Assembly (NCBI GenBank): GCA_036785375.1
Contig: JAWMAR010000632.1
Location: 496,001 to 560,000 of the forward strand
DNA length: 64,000 bases
Direction of reading: 5' to 3'
Source: Leucoraja ocellata
Taxonomy: Eukaryota
Part shown: piece after piece, positions 60,661 through 64,000 of the stretch
Layout of the letters: every line of letters starts with the position of its first letter
Position numbering within the stretch: position 1 is the first letter of the stretch
The notes under the pieces: model-generated
Told to the model about the DNA's origin: nothing
Database searches by the model: none
What the model saw: the letters and a program-made list of their open reading frames with translations, nothing else
Program-made: the position numbers and the translations under genes

Positions 60661-60972
60661 TTTGGTTTAGTTTAGTTTGGGGTTACAGCATGGAAACAGG
60701 CCCTTTGGCGCACAAAGTTTGCACTGACCGTGAACCTCATGCACTATCCCCGTCATTATCTCTCTAGGGACAATTTACAATCTTACCAAGCCAATTAGCC
60801 TCCAAACCTGTAGGTCTTTGGAATGCGGGAGAAAACCGGAGCACCGGGAGAAAACCTACACAGGTCACAGGGAGATGTGCAAACTCTGTACAAATAGCAC
60901 CCGTAGTGAGGATCGAACAACAGTCTCTGGCGCTTTAAGGTTGTAACTCTACCACTGGTCCACTGTGCCGTC
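60661..60972 (-). mobile_element. HE1-like SINE
   Basis: Full-length minus-strand copy. Confidence 0.85.
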
Positions 60973-61669
60973 CAGAACAAAATACCTGTACTGGGATTCT
61001 GCACCAATACTGGGAACATCCGTGAACTGGCTTCTATACAAGCATATCCCCCTTTAAATAATACAAAATATCACTACACAATATTCCACAAATCATTTCA
61101 CCAAAACATCTTAGCAAGGCATCATATTTTTTGGACTCCATCCTTTTGGCAATAAAATGCCAATATTAATTTTTCTTTCATACTTATAGGGCTAATTCTG
61201 CTCCCATGACTTTTGAATTTATGAACCACTTGCATGCTAACTTTATGTTTCACTTGTGAAGGTGACCAGATCTCGTTGTGCTGCAGAGAGCAATGAACAA
61301 AATAATTTATCTGTGGAAAATAAATCCCCACAGCCAAGACTTTTACAAGTGCATCATCAGATTTACTTTTAGCACGTGCATCCTAATGGAACCACGTAGC
61401 AACCAAAATATATTTTTTCTGTGGTTTTTATTGCTGATCCCTTGCCAGGATGAACAGTTCCTTGATCATTATTTGTTTGCTCCTAAATAAGGATTTGCAA
61501 TAAATTCTGACCTTGCCAGCGAAGGGTGCCTCGAAGAATGAATAATTTAATAAAAGTGGCTGCCTTGGTGAATGCTGCGATGAATTTTGCTTATTGCAGT
61601 CTTTGCATTTATCCCATTTTAATGTGCAGAGCTCCATCTCCGACACTCCATTTACAATGTACTTGCTGA

Positions 61670-61942
61670 TTTTAGTTTAGTTGAGAGATACAGTGCGGAA
61701 ACCGTGCTGACCAGCGATCACTGCACACTAACACTATCATGCACACACAAGGGACAATTTACAATTTTACCAAGCCAATTAACCGACAAACCTGTACATC
61801 GTTGGAGTGTGGTAGGAAGCAGAGTACCCGGAGAAAACCTATGCCAGTCATCACAGGGAGAACGTTCAAATTCCGTACGGACTGCACCCATTGTCAAAAT
61901 TTAACCCGAGTCTCAGGCAGCAACTGATGCACCACTGTGCCG
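61670..61942 (-). mobile_element. HE1-like SINE
   Basis: Tail ttagtttagttgagagatac to head cactgtgccg. Confidence 0.85.
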
Positions 61943-62419
61943 TCTGATCATATGCAAGGCCTATATCAGACAAATGGTGCTAATTATTTGCTATTTCAAT
62001 GGCACCATACAAAACATTCAATGAACCATCTATTTTGCAAACTTCAATAAGAATTTTGCATTCCTTCTTACAGTGTGAATCCCTTAATTGTGTAATATTC
62101 TCTACCTATGCTTGAAAATCTCAACTGATTGCAGAAAATGTTAAGTGCTTATTAAATGTCTTACAGTTTGTACAGTTAACAAATTGATAATTGGAAAAGG
62201 AAATAACAGAGCAAAGATGATTTTTTCTTTACACAACCGGTTCTTATGATTTAGAATACACCACATTGAAAGATGTAATAATGGCAGAATCAGCAATAAT
62301 GTTCAAAAGAGGAGAGTGTAGAAGAGACGTCAGTTTCATTGAACACATACACCCTGTTCTCCAAGGTCAGCTGGAGCTCTTTGTCATTACCATTGTAATG
62401 ATTACATTACGTTCTGATT

Positions 62420-63090
62420 AACTATCCAACCTTTCTGTCCTTGGCCTCCTCCATTGTCAGAGTGAGGCCACTGCAAACTGGAGGAACAGCACCTCATATT
62501 TTACTTCGGGAGCTGACAACCCAACAATATGTACATTGAATTCCCCAATTTCAAGTAATACCCCACAACGCACATATTTCTCCCACCATTTGTTCCATGT
62601 TTCATGTATTTTGTGGTTTTTTTATGACTGTTGGCAAAATAATTTCCCTCCTGGGATAAATAAAGTTTTATCGTATTGTATTTCCCACCTCCATTGTCAC
62701 CCTGACCCCCCCCCCCCCGCCATCTCCCACCATTCCCATCTCCTTTTTCCTTTTATCCCCCCCTCTTTTTCAAGTCCCTTTTCTACTCTTATACACCCCA
62801 CCCTGCTTAACAATTTATTCCTTCTTTCCTTTTGTCTGAACTCCACCTCTTACCTCCACCCATCTGCCAGTAACCCCTCCCCCTCACCTTTATCCAACTA
62901 TCACTTGCCAGGCTTTGCTCCATCACCACCTCTCTTCTCCAGCTTTCTCCCCACTACTCCATCAGTCTAAGGAAGGGACTTGACCCAAAATGTCGCCTGT
63001 CCATTCCCTCCACAGATGCTGCCTGGCCTGCTGAGTTCCTCTGGCGTTGTGTTTTATTCAAGATTCCAGCATCTGCAGTCTCTTCTGTCT
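62420..63090 (+). mobile_element. Penelope-like 3' fragment with a nested LINE tail (~62570-62680)
   Basis: CKLEEQHLIFYFGS*QPNNMYIEFPNFK*; hammerhead remnant at 62963-62998. Confidence 0.8.
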
Positions 63091-63944
63091 CTTTTCAGAA
63101 GAGAATTGGACATATAATGATGAAGGAAAGTTCATCGGACTAAGAATCAAACATCGGAGAAAGTCAGAAGGTCACTTCGTTCAAGAACTGATGAGCTGAA
63201 CTCCCTTGTGCGAGTTCCTCAGTTCCTAGTAACATCAAAAAAAAGAAAGAACAGGCAGAGTTCAGAAGAAAGGCAACTGAAATCAGCCGGTAAAGATTTA
63301 GTAGTGAAATTTCATCTCGGATATGTCAAAATGCTGTTCGGGTTCAAAACCTAATGTGGACATTTTTCAAAATCCTCAGCAACTTCCGCAGTGCTGCTGG
63401 TGATTTATGACACTTTTAACATTGATTTTTAAGCTTTAAGTAGGTTGGTGCAGTCTTGTAGGTTATAAAAGCCACAGTCGGCAGGGGAATTAAGTACAAA
63501 ATGGAACATGGGCTCTCAGATAAAAGGATGCAGTGCCACACAAGGCACGGGTTGACAGGAGTACAAGACAAGCTGGGATACCAGCTGTCACTGAGAGAAA
63601 CAGAGTGCAAGATTTTACATCAGCTGTCAGGATACACAATGTCAACTCTTCTGGTGGAGAGTTAGCAACGCAGAAGATGTTAATATACTCAGCTTCCATT
63701 ATGATGAGCATTGTTACCATGCATTAGATTTTTCTTTGATACCAGAGATATTTACGAATACTTTATGAATTATTAATTTCCTATTTTATAAAACTAATGT
63801 AAAAAAAATCAAACAAACATATTAAATCTATGGCTTAAATTACATTTCCCAATCATCTGTTGTAATCACTGATAAATATATTTTCATATAAATATTTAAA
63901 ATATTATTCATGCTACATAACAACCACACACTTGAATCAGACTT

Positions 63945-64000
63945 TAGTCAGACGGTGGAGAACCTGTGGAATTCTTTGCCACAGAAGGCTGTGGAGGCCA
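63945..64000 (+). mobile_element. CR1 fragment running off the window end
   Basis: gaacctgtggaattctttgccacagaaggctgtggaggcca (NLWNSLPQKAVEA). Confidence 0.8.

Noticed and set aside
63095-63730. Several open stretches with coding-like composition
   Set aside because: No recognisable domain or consistent splice signals; may be decayed repeat or chance
1-64000. CRISPR arrays, operons or other prokaryotic systems
   Set aside because: No regularly spaced repeat-spacer arrays or gene-dense regions; the sequence is vertebrate-type repeat-rich DNA

Overview
Eukaryotic, AT-rich, repeat-dense non-coding DNA. The repeat inventory points to a cartilaginous fish, probably a skate or ray (inference): HE1-type tRNA/V-SINEs, CR1/HER1-like LINEs, Rex1/Babar LINEs and Neptune-type Penelope elements. 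I could not identify any host protein-coding exon with confidence, so the window reads as part of a very long intron or a gene desert. Every ORF I recognise is transposon-derived: CR1, Rex1, Tx1, RTE-X-like, Penelope GIY-YIG, Gypsy gag/integrase. Highlights: (1) a ~137-bp TSD-flanked retroposon at 23767-23903 whose 5' end folds into a minimal HDV/CPEB3-like ribozyme, with the predicted cleavage site at the element boundary; (2) a candidate vertebrate-type recursive splice site with an RS-exon on the minus strand at 40412-40540; (3) many Penelope-associated minimal hammerhead remnants and fold-back insertions, including a perfect 82-bp palindrome with a 15-bp TSD; (4) an internally deleted tRNA-Trp-primed (CsRn1-like) Gypsy element and a related solo LTR; (5) a young Rex1 nested inside an older Rex1; (6) several local duplications and templated insertions. 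Boundaries of old repeats are approximate. No database search or folding program was run.
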